Positions 13,409-27,172 of a stretch of DNA of 64,000 bases are shown one piece after another (position 1 is the first letter of the stretch; every line of letters starts with the position of its first letter). This DNA is from Paramecium tetraurelia (Eukaryota). The position numbers and the translations under genes are program-made. The stretch is taken from contig CT868670.1 in the NCBI GenBank assembly GCA_000165425.1, positions 1 to 64,000 of the forward strand, in the 5' to 3' direction. The notes under the pieces were generated by a model. It was not told where the DNA came from. It did not search any database and saw only the letters and a list, made by a program, of their open reading frames with translations.

Positions 13409-14587
13409 ATGAAACTCATAATTATAGGATTATGTCTTTTAATCTTGGTAACAAGTTAAAGAATTAGTATTAATGATCAAAATTGCAATAAATATTTGCA
13501 AAAATTTGGTACTGCAAATAATCCAGATGGAACTGGAGCAACTAAAATAGCATTTACAGGTGATGTTGCATTTATTACCAACTCAACAAGCGTGAAAGTA
13601 AAATTAAGATATTCAGATGTGGATTTGTTTAATGATCCAACATACTTTGGTCTTGTTTAAGAAGATGGAAAAAAAGCAGAAACCACATGTCTTGACCTTA
13701 AATTATGGAAATTCACTTCAAATACTTATTCTGACCCAGTTTAAGTTACAGATTTACCCATAACAAATGAAAACAACAATCAAAAATAATGGAGATATTA
13801 TTCATTTACTATTCCAGGAGATCAATTAGGTTCAAAATTAGTGGTTACTTAAAATAGTGCACAATTTATTTACAAAGGATACTTTGCTATTGCTTATTAT
13901 GCTGCAGGTACTGATCAAGTTCAATATACCTTCTATTTTGAATTCTAAGTTACAGTAGACAAAGCAAGTGGAGCTTCAGTTGATACTGCTTTCAAACCAT
14001 TAAGTTAATCATCTACTTTAGGCTGTACTCCTTCAGCTAGTTGTAATACAAAGGCTGATACTGTTTTAAAATGGTGCACAGATTTGACATGCACAAAATT
14101 TAGTACTCCAGATTTACATTTGAATGATCAATTTGTTTTATTGTAACAAGTAACTACACTTGGAATGGATTACTATTTGGTTGGAACTGAAGTTTGGTAC
14201 ACTGGTAATGGATTGAATAAAAAGGCCATAATAATATCAATCAATAATTCAAAGAAAGGATAAGTCATTATCCAGTTAAAGGCTGAAATTGCTTGGACCG
14301 GAGTTACTATCAAAGCTACCTCAACTTTGTCAACAACCTAAGGAAGAAGAATTTTGGTTTAAACCACATTTGATACAGTAAGTGGTGAAACAGAAGAAAT
14401 TACCTGCATTAAAGCAGAAGGAGCAGACACTTGTCCCACATGTTAATAAGAAAAAAATGCTAATGGATTTTATAGTGATAATTGTAAAGGAGATGTTGAA
14501 GAAGAAGATGATGAAGTGAAACATCCAAGTTCTAATGGATTCACATTATTTGGTTTCTTTACTTTGTTGCTATTCGCAATAATATGA
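13409..14587 (+). CDS. Secreted, probably GPI-anchored surface protein (392 aa, intronless)
   Basis: Uninterrupted frame. Signal peptide MKLIIIGLCLLILVTS, paired cysteines, GRRIL motif, acidic linker, C-terminal SSNG plus hydrophobic tail FTLFGFFTLLLFAII*. Confidence 0.9.
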
Positions 14588-14721
14588 GTATCATATATTA
14601 AATATCATATTATTAACATTATTTTTTGCTTACATTTTGAAATAATATTATTTTCACCAAAAATAATAATTATTTTGATTAATTGTGCACAACGATGAGT
14701 ACACAGATCCATATTATTTTT

Positions 14722-14822
14722 TTAGAAATATTTGGATTTTAATATCCTGTAAAAACAACAATTCTATTGTGTATCATAATTATTTGTTGTTTTTGGAGAT
14801 TAAAATATCCATAAATATCTAA
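14722..14822. repeat. ~100-bp imperfect inverted repeat (hairpin)
   Basis: Perfect 11-bp core AAAAACAACAA (14751-14761) / TTGTTGTTTTT (14784-14794), extended by imperfect arms TAGAAATATTTGGATTTTAATATCC / GGAGATTAAAATATCCATAAATATCTA. Confidence 0.65.
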
Positions 14823-15446
14823 TTGTTCTTTGGTATATTATATACTGAAATTAATAATAAATCTCTAAAAAATATTAAATAAAATGATTTCAAATTTATT
14901 TGACTATTTGTATCATAGGGCTAGTGAATGAAAATTTAAATTACTTGACTTAACCATTAAGGTAAAACAGCAAAAAATAAAATAAATTTCATATATATCA
15001 TTAGACTAAACCTGTATTTGACTAGATCACTGAAGTAATAAATAATTTCTTTAAGAGTTTTAGATGTCTTTTGTGCTTGTCTAATAAAATCATACAAAAT
15101 CGCTGCTTGCACTAGTTGAAAAGTATTGTTTTTTTAAATGAGATCTCAACGTTTTTTCTTCAAAAAGTAGAATTGTAATCTATTGAATATTTAAGAATAT
15201 TTCTATTAAAGAGCAAATATTATTGATCCTTCACTTAAAAACTTAAAATATAATAAACCTACACCAAGTTGTTATAGGTAAAGTATGATAATGGCAATGA
15301 TGATAGCCAATTACCATCTCTTTAATTGGTAGAGTTAATGCAGATTGACCAACTCTTTTAAGAATCGATTTACTTATATGCACTGAGAAAAAGGATTTGA
15401 AAAACCCTAAATTAAAGCAATTTTAATTTTCAAACAACTACTTCTA

Positions 15447-18400
15447 ATGGATAATAAAATTTCAATTTATTTTATTTTTCTAATTAATATTAAATAAATA
15501 AAATTGAAGAAAATGAAAACTCTAGATCTTCTATTGTATCAATATTCTCTAATGGTTCAATGCTTCTACATTTGGACTCTGACTGACAAATAATAATTTT
15601 ATGCGGTATCGTTTACTGGAACAATGTAAAGTTTTGAATAGGAAGAAATTATGATGTATGGAATCTGGAGCAGATTCACTCCTTTAAGTACAATTTCATA
15701 AACAGGCCCTATTGGAATATTTGACAGTCATTGTTTCCATTTGAATTCAGCATTGGAAAGTGAAAACAAAAGGATCAATTTCATGTATTACGATTGCATT
15801 AATAAAGAACAAATGGTTGTGAGCAAATTTATTTAATTTATAAGTAAAGAAGGAAAATAATATAAATTTGAAATTATATTGGATTCAATGAAATACGAGT
15901 ATTATTGGTATTTTTTTGCTATTCACTTGCAACCTCATTAGAATAGTTTTACGTATTATTTACTTTAAGGAGAAAGCATAGTAGATATTCAATCCTTACA
16001 GATCTAATTTCCTTATTTAGATGAAAAACTTATTATTGTGTTTGGAGGTAGTTTAATAATAGATGATCATCAAATTCTTCAAGTTAAAGATACCTCAAAA
16101 CTTTCATATTTTCCAGGTGAAATTACTTTATTAGAGCATTAAAAAGGGTATTTCGAGAAATTAGATATAGATATAATAAGTTACATATAAACTACGTTTG
16201 ATGGGACTTGCCAATGCTATGAAAATTAAATTAAGAATCTGGTTGACGTAGATATTGATTGGTTGGATTATAAAATATTCGCATCTGCAAATGAAAATTG
16301 TGATACTTTTGCATTTTAAACTTGGATTAAAGTTTAATAAATAGTTTCAGATTAAACTGAATTTTTGTATTAGCTATTTAAACTATCAGGTAATTTTGAA
16401 AATCAATAATTAAGGGATGATAATTTATCTGCTCTCTAAATATTTTACAAATTTTCGAAAGAAATTTATTAAATAAAATTTACAACATATAGTTATACAA
16501 TCCCATATTACAATTTAGATTTCTCTAAAAATCCATTTTTGAATGAGTATTTATATGATTTACCTAATATCTATTTATGGCAATTTGTGACTGTAATCTT
16601 AAAAAACAATATCATTGAAATGAAGGTCACCTTATTTGAGGGTAAGAATTAACATATTTTTTTTCGCTCCTAACTGGTTAACTAATTTCATATTGTATAA
16701 TACAAATTATAATATGGAAATATCTTGCAATCTTCTAACAATTATTTAAAAGTGTAATTGAGGGGATCAAAATTTTTTAATTGTGTCTCGGATGATCAGG
16801 TGAATTAAGAAATAAATTGCCATTTCAGTTGCAAAGACTGTGATGGCCCCACTAATTTAGATTGTTTATCTTGTCCCGAAACATCTAGACGTATTTATAT
16901 TCCAACACATAAGGCGTGTATCTGCCCTTATGACACAATTGATGATGGGGATTGTAAAGATTACCAAAGTTTGAATCTGATAATGTAACAAGATTTTGAA
17001 TAAAATTGTAAACAAGGGTATTTTGAATATAGATCATATTGTTATAAATGGTATAAATTAAAATTAGACTAGTCCTTCTATCATAAGGGATAATTTGATT
17101 ACTTGCCTTGAATGTATTACAGACCCTAAAAATTGGATGGATAATCCTTATTGCCAGACTAATCTATTTTTAGACGATGTCGGAAGTCCAGCTGAATTCA
17201 TAAAGGATCTCAGTTAAACTTATTATATCTTTGACGGTGATAATTTAAAGGCATGCAATCATAAATAAAATAAGAACTTATAAACCATTGATGAAGTATT
17301 TGAAGACTATCAGTTAGAAACTAATGAAATACTTTCTATTTGTTCAAATTCAAAAGATCCTTAAAAATGTTTACCTTGTAATTTTATCGGTTGTGCGATA
17401 TGTGGTGTTATTTCAACAACGTAGATCTGTTTGCAATGTGATTTTGGTTATGATTTGAGAGATGGATTATGTGTAGAATTAATAATGGGGTAAATGGAAT
17501 AAGAAAAATGTGTTGCTCCATATTATATTACTTCAGAAAAGAAGTGCCGCCTATGTTAAATAGAGAACTGTTAGTATTGCTTTGAATATGAAAGCAATGA
17601 CTTAACTTATTGCACACTATATAAGGACTTTTAATACTTTAAAATTGATGAATTCCATAAAGTTGGATGTGCATTGTGTTAGGAAGGCTTTATTTTTGAT
17701 TTTGTCTAAGGAGGATGCCATTATTAAAAACCATAAACAATTAATTGTTTGCGAGCTTTTAAGGATTTATAAAATAGAGAGATTTGCACATTATCTGCAG
17801 TGGATGATTTTAATATTGCACCTGAAATAATAAATTGTCAAAAATATATCTCAAATTGTAAATAATGCTATTAAACTACATTATCTGTTATTAAATGTAT
17901 TATTTGTGAAGATGGCTATTCAAGCTCGATTATTACTGGTCATTGCTAGAAATGTAATTCTAACTATGCCAAGTATTGTATAGAGGGAGATTTTTACAAG
18001 TTAGATTCATGGATGTAGTTGCTTTAGAGCTTCTTAATGTAGTTCTTGCCAAATAGATATATGTATTCTGAATCCATATCGATATTCACTAATTATGATT
18101 TACCAATAAAATGCATGGAAGGATATGAGCTCAATAAGTTTTTTTGCAAGAAATATTGTGACAGCAATTGTTCTGTTTGCAAAAAAATGGGAAATCCTTA
18201 AGAGGGTTTTTAATGTGCGAAATGCTTCTTAAATTATTATATGGAACCAGTTAGAGTCAGGGATTAAGGAAAATGTATTGCTTGTGCACAACTATGTTAG
18301 GTGTGCCAACCTAGAACGACAGATGAGATTGAAGTATATACTATTAATAAATATTTAGAGAATTAATCCATTGTTTGTTAATAAATTGGAATATTCAACC

Positions 18401-21400
18401 TATACTATGAAATGTATTAAATCTATTCCTCATCCAAATATCTTTTTGGATCCTTATATTCAGATAGCAAAATATTGTTACAATCAATAATGTAACTCTT
18501 TTTTTTAATATTAAGTAACAATACTTTTAATTTTAGATTGAATTTGATTAGGTTTAATATTTTTATTCAAATACTGAAAATTATATCAAATCACATTTTA
18601 ATTTCAAATATCTAAATGAAATGGCTTATGAAAAAATGTCATTAATATTTCCCTTTTAAAATAGTTGCGATCAGTGCTTTAATTAATTAGAGGTCAATTT
18701 TAACAACATATTGAAATAAAATATATTTTCAATCTAGTTTGTTGAATTTGTTTTTTAAGGAAATCATCAACCTTTAAGGTTTTTTTAAATAATTTCAATT
18801 ATTGCTTATGATTCTTTTAAGATAAAAGAAGCAATATGGATGATAGAAAATTTGTTTAAATTAAATTTAAATAATTCAGTAATGCCTTAAGATTTTCTCA
18901 TTGCAGACACAGAATTTATTGCTTAAGAGAATAAAACTATTAAATTCGAAATTACTTCTTCTAATTATAACACTATAAATTTAATGAATATAAAATTTGT
19001 TAATTTGAATATAATAGATTCAACTATTTTTGAAGTTATTCCTTTTGCAAGAGAATCTGAATTTATTATTAGCAAATTTATTTTTGAAAATTGCACATTT
19101 ACAAATACAACAATATTCAAATTTAAGAATAACATTAAGGTTACAATTTTGGATCTAATTGTAGTTAATTGTAAGTTTTTAAACTCATAATTTGCCTTTT
19201 TTTAATTTGATTTGACTCTTTAATCAAATGTTAATATTCAATTCTTAATTATCAAAAATTCAGATTTTCAATAATCATACATCATTAAAAATGCTGACTC
19301 TCTAAAATTAAACAATGTTTCATTGCTTTAAAACACTTTTTTGTTCACATAAATAATAGAATTTAGGAATAGTTTAATAATTCACGATATCTTGATTTAA
19401 GGCAACACTTTAGTATAATCATAAATAATAATCAAAATTTCAACAACATAAGTTGAAAGTAGTGTAATCATAGATTAATTAGTCTTCGAAGAAAATTATA
19501 ATACTAACTCATCAATTTTTATAACTGATTTTTCAGTATAGAATGGACTAGATATTTATTTAATGAATTTGCACCTCAATCAGAATTAGTAAATATAAGA
19601 GGAGAGCTTCTCTACTTATCTTTTTGATATTAATTGTCTAAATTTAAGTATACATAACTTTTTGACAAGGAATTCAGATTATTTCAATTATTTTAATTTA
19701 ATAGCTATTACTAATATCAAAGTTTATAATATCATTTTTCAACGCCCATAACTCAAAACAAAAGTACCATTATATTTGGATTGCATCGAATCTATGAACT
19801 TGAATTCGTAGTTGTTTTATGTTTAAGGATTTAATTACTTAGAACTTGTAAGTATAACAATTATGAATTATAAAAGTATTGATTAGTCCTTTATTTCAAT
19901 ATTTTCAAATATATTGAAAACAATGAAGGACAACGAAATCATAAGCATATCGGATTTAAAATTTATTGGAAATACTTTGTTAAAAATCAATTTAAGGAGT
20001 ATATTTTCATTAATGTCAATATATTCTGAAAAAAGCTAATAAATAACAATTAACAACATTTAATTTGAAGAGAATATATATCACCAATATATTGATGATT
20101 CATCTCAAAATACAGCAAGTCTGCTATTTATAAATTCATAATAAAGTTCTGTAATTGTGTCTAATCTATCTTGCTAGTTAAATGTTTTAACAAATTCGAC
20201 TAGTTCTTATATTTTGATAAAAAGTAAAATGATTAGCTTATCAAAATTTACAATCCAAAATCATAACATACTAAATACAAAAATTCTATTCTCACTTTTT
20301 GATTTTGAACTTAAGAATGCCTTAAATTAAAACCAGATTAATTAAATATTATAGAGGATATTAAGGATTCAAAATAAAGAAGGAGTCCTATATCTTACTG
20401 CTGAATATTGTTCTATCTCAACTGGCACTTTATAAAATATACTATCTTTAAATAGTTAATTATTCAATATTCATACTCTAGGAATAGGAATAATTAAAAT
20501 AGACAACATAAATATCATATCAATTGAAAGTTTAGATTTGTAGAATAGTGAAAGTGATGGATGCTTTGCTATTTCATCATAAAACAGCTTATTACAATTA
20601 GAATTATTAAATATATATTTAATGGATGTTTAAAATACATTTGCGTCTCCCATTATTTTTATCTAACCATCCAAAAATAAAAATTCTATTTCAATTAGAA
20701 ATATTACTGCAACTAATTGTTTCTCTCTCATGAACCTCCTGCTTAAAACAGAATTTCCTTCAATGAATTTAAAAAATAATAAAGTTTTAATAGAAAATGT
20801 CAAAATCACCCAAAATAAATTAGATTTATTTTAATATCTTTAGAAATTTAACTCGCTATCCTCAATTGATATGTAAAGAGTCTTAAACGATAATGGGGTT
20901 ATTATTGTGTATGGTTGCATTTTGACTGTTAGGAAATTTGTATTTGAAGGTGTTTTGTAGTCCTCAATTTTAAGGGTAGGAGATGCTTTTAGAGTAAATA
21001 TCGAAAAAATACATCTAAACTAAATATCCATGGTTCTCAAAGGAAATTTGATACATATTGTGCAGAGTTCCTACACCGAATGTGTTGTTCGGATGCAAGA
21101 TGTGGTTTTCTCCAATATTACTATAATCGAATCATTTGAATTTAAAAATTTATCAAGCAGTTAAAATATAATAGAGTTAGTTGATTCAAAGTGTGGTCTA
21201 ATAAATGATATTCGGATCTCAATTTTCTATGGTTCTGATATTGGATTTGAATAATTTTTTGACTAATTAATATCGGAATCAAATTAACAAGGGTCCTTAA
21301 TTTATTTTCAAAGTCAATCTAACCCCATTAAAATTGTTTTAAGTTCAATTTCAGCAACATATGTCAGAGCTTCATCAATTTTTAATGCAATTCTGTATTT

Positions 21401-24162
21401 TGATCTGTCTAGTCTTTCATCTATTGATATAAGAGATTTTAATTGTTTTTGGAATAATTTAAATAGATATGGATGCATTTTTGCCCAATCAAATGACAAA
21501 TAAAACTCAAATATTAGATTAGAAAACTCTATATTTTATTCGAATAAAGGTGGCTTTGGAACAGGAATATACACTAAAAATGGGAGAGTAGTAGTGCACA
21601 ATTCAAAGATCATGAAAAATTAAGCTGAAGTTTAAGGAGGTGGGCTCAATCTATAATTAAAGAAAAATGAATTTCTAATCAAAAACACCTTCATTTAGGA
21701 GAACCAAGCAAATGAAGCAGGAGGAATATATCTTAATGGAGATATGAATTTAAATAATTAGAATTTTATCAATTCAATTCTATTGTTTAACAAAGCAAAA
21801 ATTATCACCTTAGAACTTATAGGAAGTACCAACTCATTTATAATTATCTATAAATGGTTTAGAAATGTTTTCAATTTAAAAGGTTTATGAAAAGATCTTA
21901 ATTAATTTTCTAAACATAGATCCATATTATATAATTGAACAAGGGAAAATAATTTAAGCCAAGGTTTTGGTTCTTCCAAGCAATTAAGTCATTAAGAAGT
22001 ACCTCCTTTTCAATCCAAATAATTAGAAATTTCAGAAGTATATTTATGAATTTTCTGTCATTTTTAAGAATAGCTTAAATGAGCAAGTTATTAGTTTCAC
22101 AAATTCAACTTGTGTGATAAAAGAATAGATCTTATCTGAAGATAGACTTGAATTATCCAAGAATCCATAAATGACATCATTTAAGACTACTTATGGAAAC
22201 TTTGATCTTTCAGAACTATAATTTTCATTTGATCCGTACATGGAAAATAATAAATAACAACAAATCTTAATCATCTGTTAACCAAATAATACGTTTGCCG
22301 AATTATATTATAATATTAAGATAGCAACTCTCAAGTGTTAACTAGGAGAATTTTATATGTCCAACAGTTGTCAACCTTGCTAATCAAACTAAGGGTATTA
22401 TTCTGTTACATACAACACAACGAAATGTTCTATTTTCGATAAAAATAAATTCGAAAATATTACTTCTAATTAAATTAATCTAAAAGTTGGCTATTGGAGA
22501 CCAAATCAATTCTCAGACAATATTGAAAGTTGTTTTAAGTATCCAAATATTTGTAGAGGAGGATGGTTTGTCGGAGATTAGCTGTGTCTCTCTGGCTACC
22601 TTGGAGGCCTATGCGAGGAATGTGATAAGTATAATATTAGAGGACATGGATATTATTTTATCAATTAATATAGTATGCTTTGCTATTAATGTGATTAACC
22701 ATCTAACAGGATATTGCTATTTATTGTGGCATCTATCTGGTAAAAATAATTCTTTATGTGTTTTAGGTAGCTTGCTTCAACACTTCTTACACTTAGTAGC
22801 ATTGAAAAATCTAATAAGTAATTTATACTCTGCAAATTAAGATAAAAATTTTCTAATATTATTTTCAAACTTAATTTAGGTATTCGTGTAATATAAATTA
22901 GATCACGGGAGTATTATCATAAAATTATTTCTTAATTACTTATGGATATTTTCTGCTATTTTTTCATTTAATATTAGCTTTACATTCTCATTTAACTTTA
23001 TTGATTAGACAAGCAATCCATCATATTTCATGGCTAATAATCTAGATTGTTTCCTATCAAAAATGAATGATATCTAATTGATTTACCTTAGGATTATTAC
23101 AATGTTTATATTAATGCTGTGCATACTACTATTTATCTATATAGGATTTATGATTATAGAACTAATTTATAAAAAATAATTTGATGCCAGTATTCTATCA
23201 ATAACTGCCCTGTATTTATACGTTTCGAATTATGCTTCATTGATTAAACAGTAAATATTTGAATAATAATCAGATTTTTTTCATTATTGGCCAAAAGATA
23301 AATATCAGATATTAATTACATCCAAGGCGATGTATCACTTATTTTTGGCACACCAAACCATATTAAATGGATTCTAAGTTTCGTTATTCCAGGTTTGGGA
23401 TTAATAGGATGGCTTTTACCATTTACACTCTTAATTTTATTGTACGTGAAAAGACATTAAATAGAGTCTGTTAAATTTAGAAAGCACTTTTGCTATTTGT
23501 TTAATGAATATAATAAAGAAAACTTTTTTTGGGAATGGGTTAAATTAGCTTAAAAAACATTTGTTATCGTCATACTGACTTATTTTGAGACAAATATTTA
23601 TTTAAAAGCTTCACTTTTAGGATTATGCTTATTACTTTATTAGTAATATGCACTGGAACAGCAACCCTACATTATCTTTCCTTTTAATAAATTAGATGTA
23701 AAAACTGGTTAAATCTGTTCTATTTCAATATTTTTGGCTGTAATTAAATATATTTGCGAATAGCAAGATAATTATACAACTTCCTTTATTATTTAGATGA
23801 TGTTAGTATTTCTTTGCATTAGATTAAGCTTTCCATTTTTCAAAAGTTTAATAACATTATATCATAAAAAGTATAAAAAATAGATTTTGTTGCAATTATT
23901 GAATCTTACTAAAATTTTAAGATGCACATCTTGTATAGATAGATATCTAAGGAATAAATTGATTTTATGGAACTAAAAGGAATAAAGAATAAAATCTATA
24001 TTTTATAAATTAAGACACCATCTTATTTATATATCAAAACTACAATTAGAATAATAAAAGTAAAATTAAAAATCAAATAGATCGCTAACGAGTTTTATTC
24101 CACCAGAATCCCTACCAAGATATAAATAATTAAAAGCCTGTATCTCATCATCTTAACTTTGA
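15447..24162 (+). CDS. Giant membrane protein: N-terminal domain, furin-like Cys repeats, beta-helix-like region, C-terminal multi-pass TM domain (one apparent +1 frameshift)
   Basis: Frame open in ciliate code over ~8.7 kb with short introns (near 17051, 18334, 18514, 22740, 22880, 23251). Motifs YGIWSRFTPL, CHFSCKDCDGPTNLDCLSC, NQANEAGGIY, GYWRP...GYLGGLCEECD, FFWEWVK. Start could be 15447 or 15513. Extra A at 21797-21801. Confidence 0.85.
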
Positions 24163-24949
24163 AGAGATATTTAATGATAATATATTTAATAATAAACAAA
24201 AATCAAGCAGAACTTTCGTATAATTTTATGTATTTTTTCCAAATTCGAAAAGAATTTTACAATATTAGCATTAGAATATTTATAATACTACAAAAATCAT
24301 TCAAATTTGTTTCGATAATTTAAAACAAAATATTTCTAAGTTTTCACAATTTGGAATTAATTTGAACAAAGAATGTTTTTATAAATTTAAATTATATTTC
24401 AAATAAAATAAATATATTCTTCTAAAAAACAAAAAATTTGTTTACCTAAACCTAATTACATAGATCATTTTTTATTGTTTAACAATCACATCAATTAGAA
24501 CCTAATTATAATAATTGTATTCTTATTAAATTTTTGAAATCTCAAAGTTACAAAGTATTCTAATGTCATGGACTTTTAAAGAGAATGGCTTCAGTTAAAT
24601 GAATAATGCAACTTAGAAAATCGTCTAAATGTAAAATGTTATAATTTAGATTAAACTGGCTGAATAATAAGTTTATAACTTAAAAAATCTATATTACAGG
24701 ATTGGCTCTTTACTTTAGACTCGTTTCTAAATTGTGTTTTCAAATAACAATGAGGGTTAGTTTAATTTTTATATAATTTAAATAAAATTAACCATAATTG
24801 TTTAATTAGTTAAACAATGAAGCTAAAATGAATAAAAAGTCAACCATTTATAGAAAAATCAAATTCATATTGAAGTAAATCAGATAAATCTCATTATTCT
24901 TAATATAACCTTATATATATATCATTTGTCTTATTAACTTATTTTGTTC

Positions 24950-25742
24950 TCATTCTGTGTTCCACTTGTGAACCTACTCCATAGCAATTGAAAATCTATC
25001 TTCTAGCTTGATGTTATTTTTCATTTTTTAAATATCTAGTTTATCTCAAATTATCATTATTTATCATTAATTTTAAATATTCTCCCATTTCTTCTGTCTT
25101 AGGATCACTAATTCCAAATAAGTTCTTACTAAATTGATATGCTTTTTTTGAAGAATCAATGTATTAAACAATTTGTTTGAGCCCATGATATGCTTTAGCT
25201 GCATTGTGAAGTGCCTCTATTTTCTATTTTCCTTATAATGGAGTAGAATATTTATAATAAACTAGATTGAAAATTAATATTTATTTTAATAAAGAGACAT
25301 CATTACCTAAAAATGGTTAATCTAAACTATCCTAAATTTTTTATCACAAAAAGTATAAAACAATTTATTACTTTCTCATACTGTTATAAACGTAAATATA
25401 CGTTTTATAGATTTATCAGTAGTTTAGATATATCGAAGTTATTTTTAATTGCTAATTTAATAGCATGTCTAAATTGTTCAATTTTTTCATCTTCATCTTC
25501 TAAAATACATCCTAAATACAAGCTATATCATACCTAAAACATTATAAGCTACACATTTATTTTCAAGTGAAATTTAATTATTATTTATAATCCATCTGCA
25601 AACCACCTCTATGTTAGATTATTATAAACTATTTGCTCGATCTAGAAGAACCTTAGCTCCCTCATTCAATTTTCAATTACTCAAATTTTTGCAATGATTG
25701 AGGTATTTAATTCTCTTGTAAAATTTTTAAGACTTATTGCAT
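24950..25742 (-). pseudogene. Helical-repeat (TPR-like) gene, apparently disrupted
   Basis: Segments such as CVAYNVLG[intron]CILEDEDEKIEQFRHAIKLA and KIEALHNAAKAYHGL; frame break near the 5' end; boundaries approximate. Confidence 0.35.
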
Positions 25743-26545
25743 AAATTATGATTATTAAAATCTGTATACAATTTAAATGTTTAGAACATAAAAATAATTC
25801 TATTTGAATTTATGTATAAATTCAAGATAAGGCTTTTTCATTAACTTATTTTAAGATGAAAAATATGATATTCGGGTTATACTTACTTTACCAAACAATA
25901 TATTTTTTATTTTTTAAAATATTTATTGAAATAATTTATACAACATTTATAAATTTTGATTTTCTAAAATTGTTATGTTTAATTAAAACTTTTAAATGAT
26001 TAATAGAGATTCAAAATCCAAGGGGCTCTATATAATTACAAGGATATGAGATCTAGATACCTGCTTTCGAAATTCAAACCTCCCTAATTTAATTCTTCAT
26101 ATCAACATACTCAATTGATTAGGGAATTTATTAAAATCCATTGTTCCAGACCGTATACAAATGCTCACATTTAGCTAATTAGAAAGTTCAATTTAATCTT
26201 CTGCATTCTTCTAAGCAGCACTTAATGAAAACCTATAAAATAAGTAGAATAATAGGAGAACAAAAATAAATAAAGTTTCAAACTTTGAGGTCATAATAAA
26301 AATGATTTGAAAATGTATAGATACATCATCTTGTATTCTAGATTCCCTCAGTCTCCTGTCCACAAATACCAGAAAAATATGAGAAGAATGATTTTCTCTG
26401 AGAAACTCATGTTCTTCAAATGTCGTATATAAATTAAAAATTTAGATTATAAACCGAATAAAATTATTCCAAAAAAAATAAGAAAAATAATTTAAAAATA
26501 TTTTGATAGATAGATAATATTCTAATTCTCCATTTAAGAAGAATT

Positions 26546-27172
26546 TCAAGATAGTATGCCTTAATTTAGTTTTATTATTATATACATAATCATATATTTT
26601 TCTAAAAATTAAGTTTGTATGATTTCTTTTTGTTGTTGTTCTAACCAATGATGTACATGTGATGTATTGCACTAAAGAATGAGCACTATTTAAATAATCC
26701 TATAAAATATAAGATTATCCATATTTTTTTCTATAACTCTATTCAAAATTCTAAACATTCCTAGTGCAGTATAAGGAATTAATATATATGTTAGTATTCT
26801 TTTGATTTATGCTGTTAAATCAGATTTTCCTACATAATAAATTGAGTCAAAAAGTTCTTAGAATGCCCATCCGCTTATAGTATTTCTAAAAGAACAAAAA
26901 CATAGACCAGGAGTCATTAAATAGTATAAACATAATATCCTAGTTAGATAGGAGTAATATTTAACAATGTTTCGTTGATTTAAAATATCATTAGGCTTGA
27001 TAAATATAATTTCAAGCATTTTTGCTCCTATTAACCATCTTACTAAATTTGCAATGGTTGAAATGTCTTCAAGTTCTAAACTCGTTTGGTATACTAAAAA
27101 GATAATCACTTGAATCCAGCCAATCACTCTGAGTATATTATAAATAAGAATAATCTCGATGTTAAATTTCAT
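26546..27172 (-). CDS. Divergent PTPLA/HACD (3-hydroxyacyl-CoA dehydratase)-like membrane protein (208 aa)
   Basis: Intronless frame with YNILRVIGW, MLEII, GWAFQELFDSIYY and RILTYILIPYTALG, paralleling PTPLA motifs (YN...GW, LEI, W..TE..RY..Y, RY..F..LYP.G...E). Confidence 0.6.
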
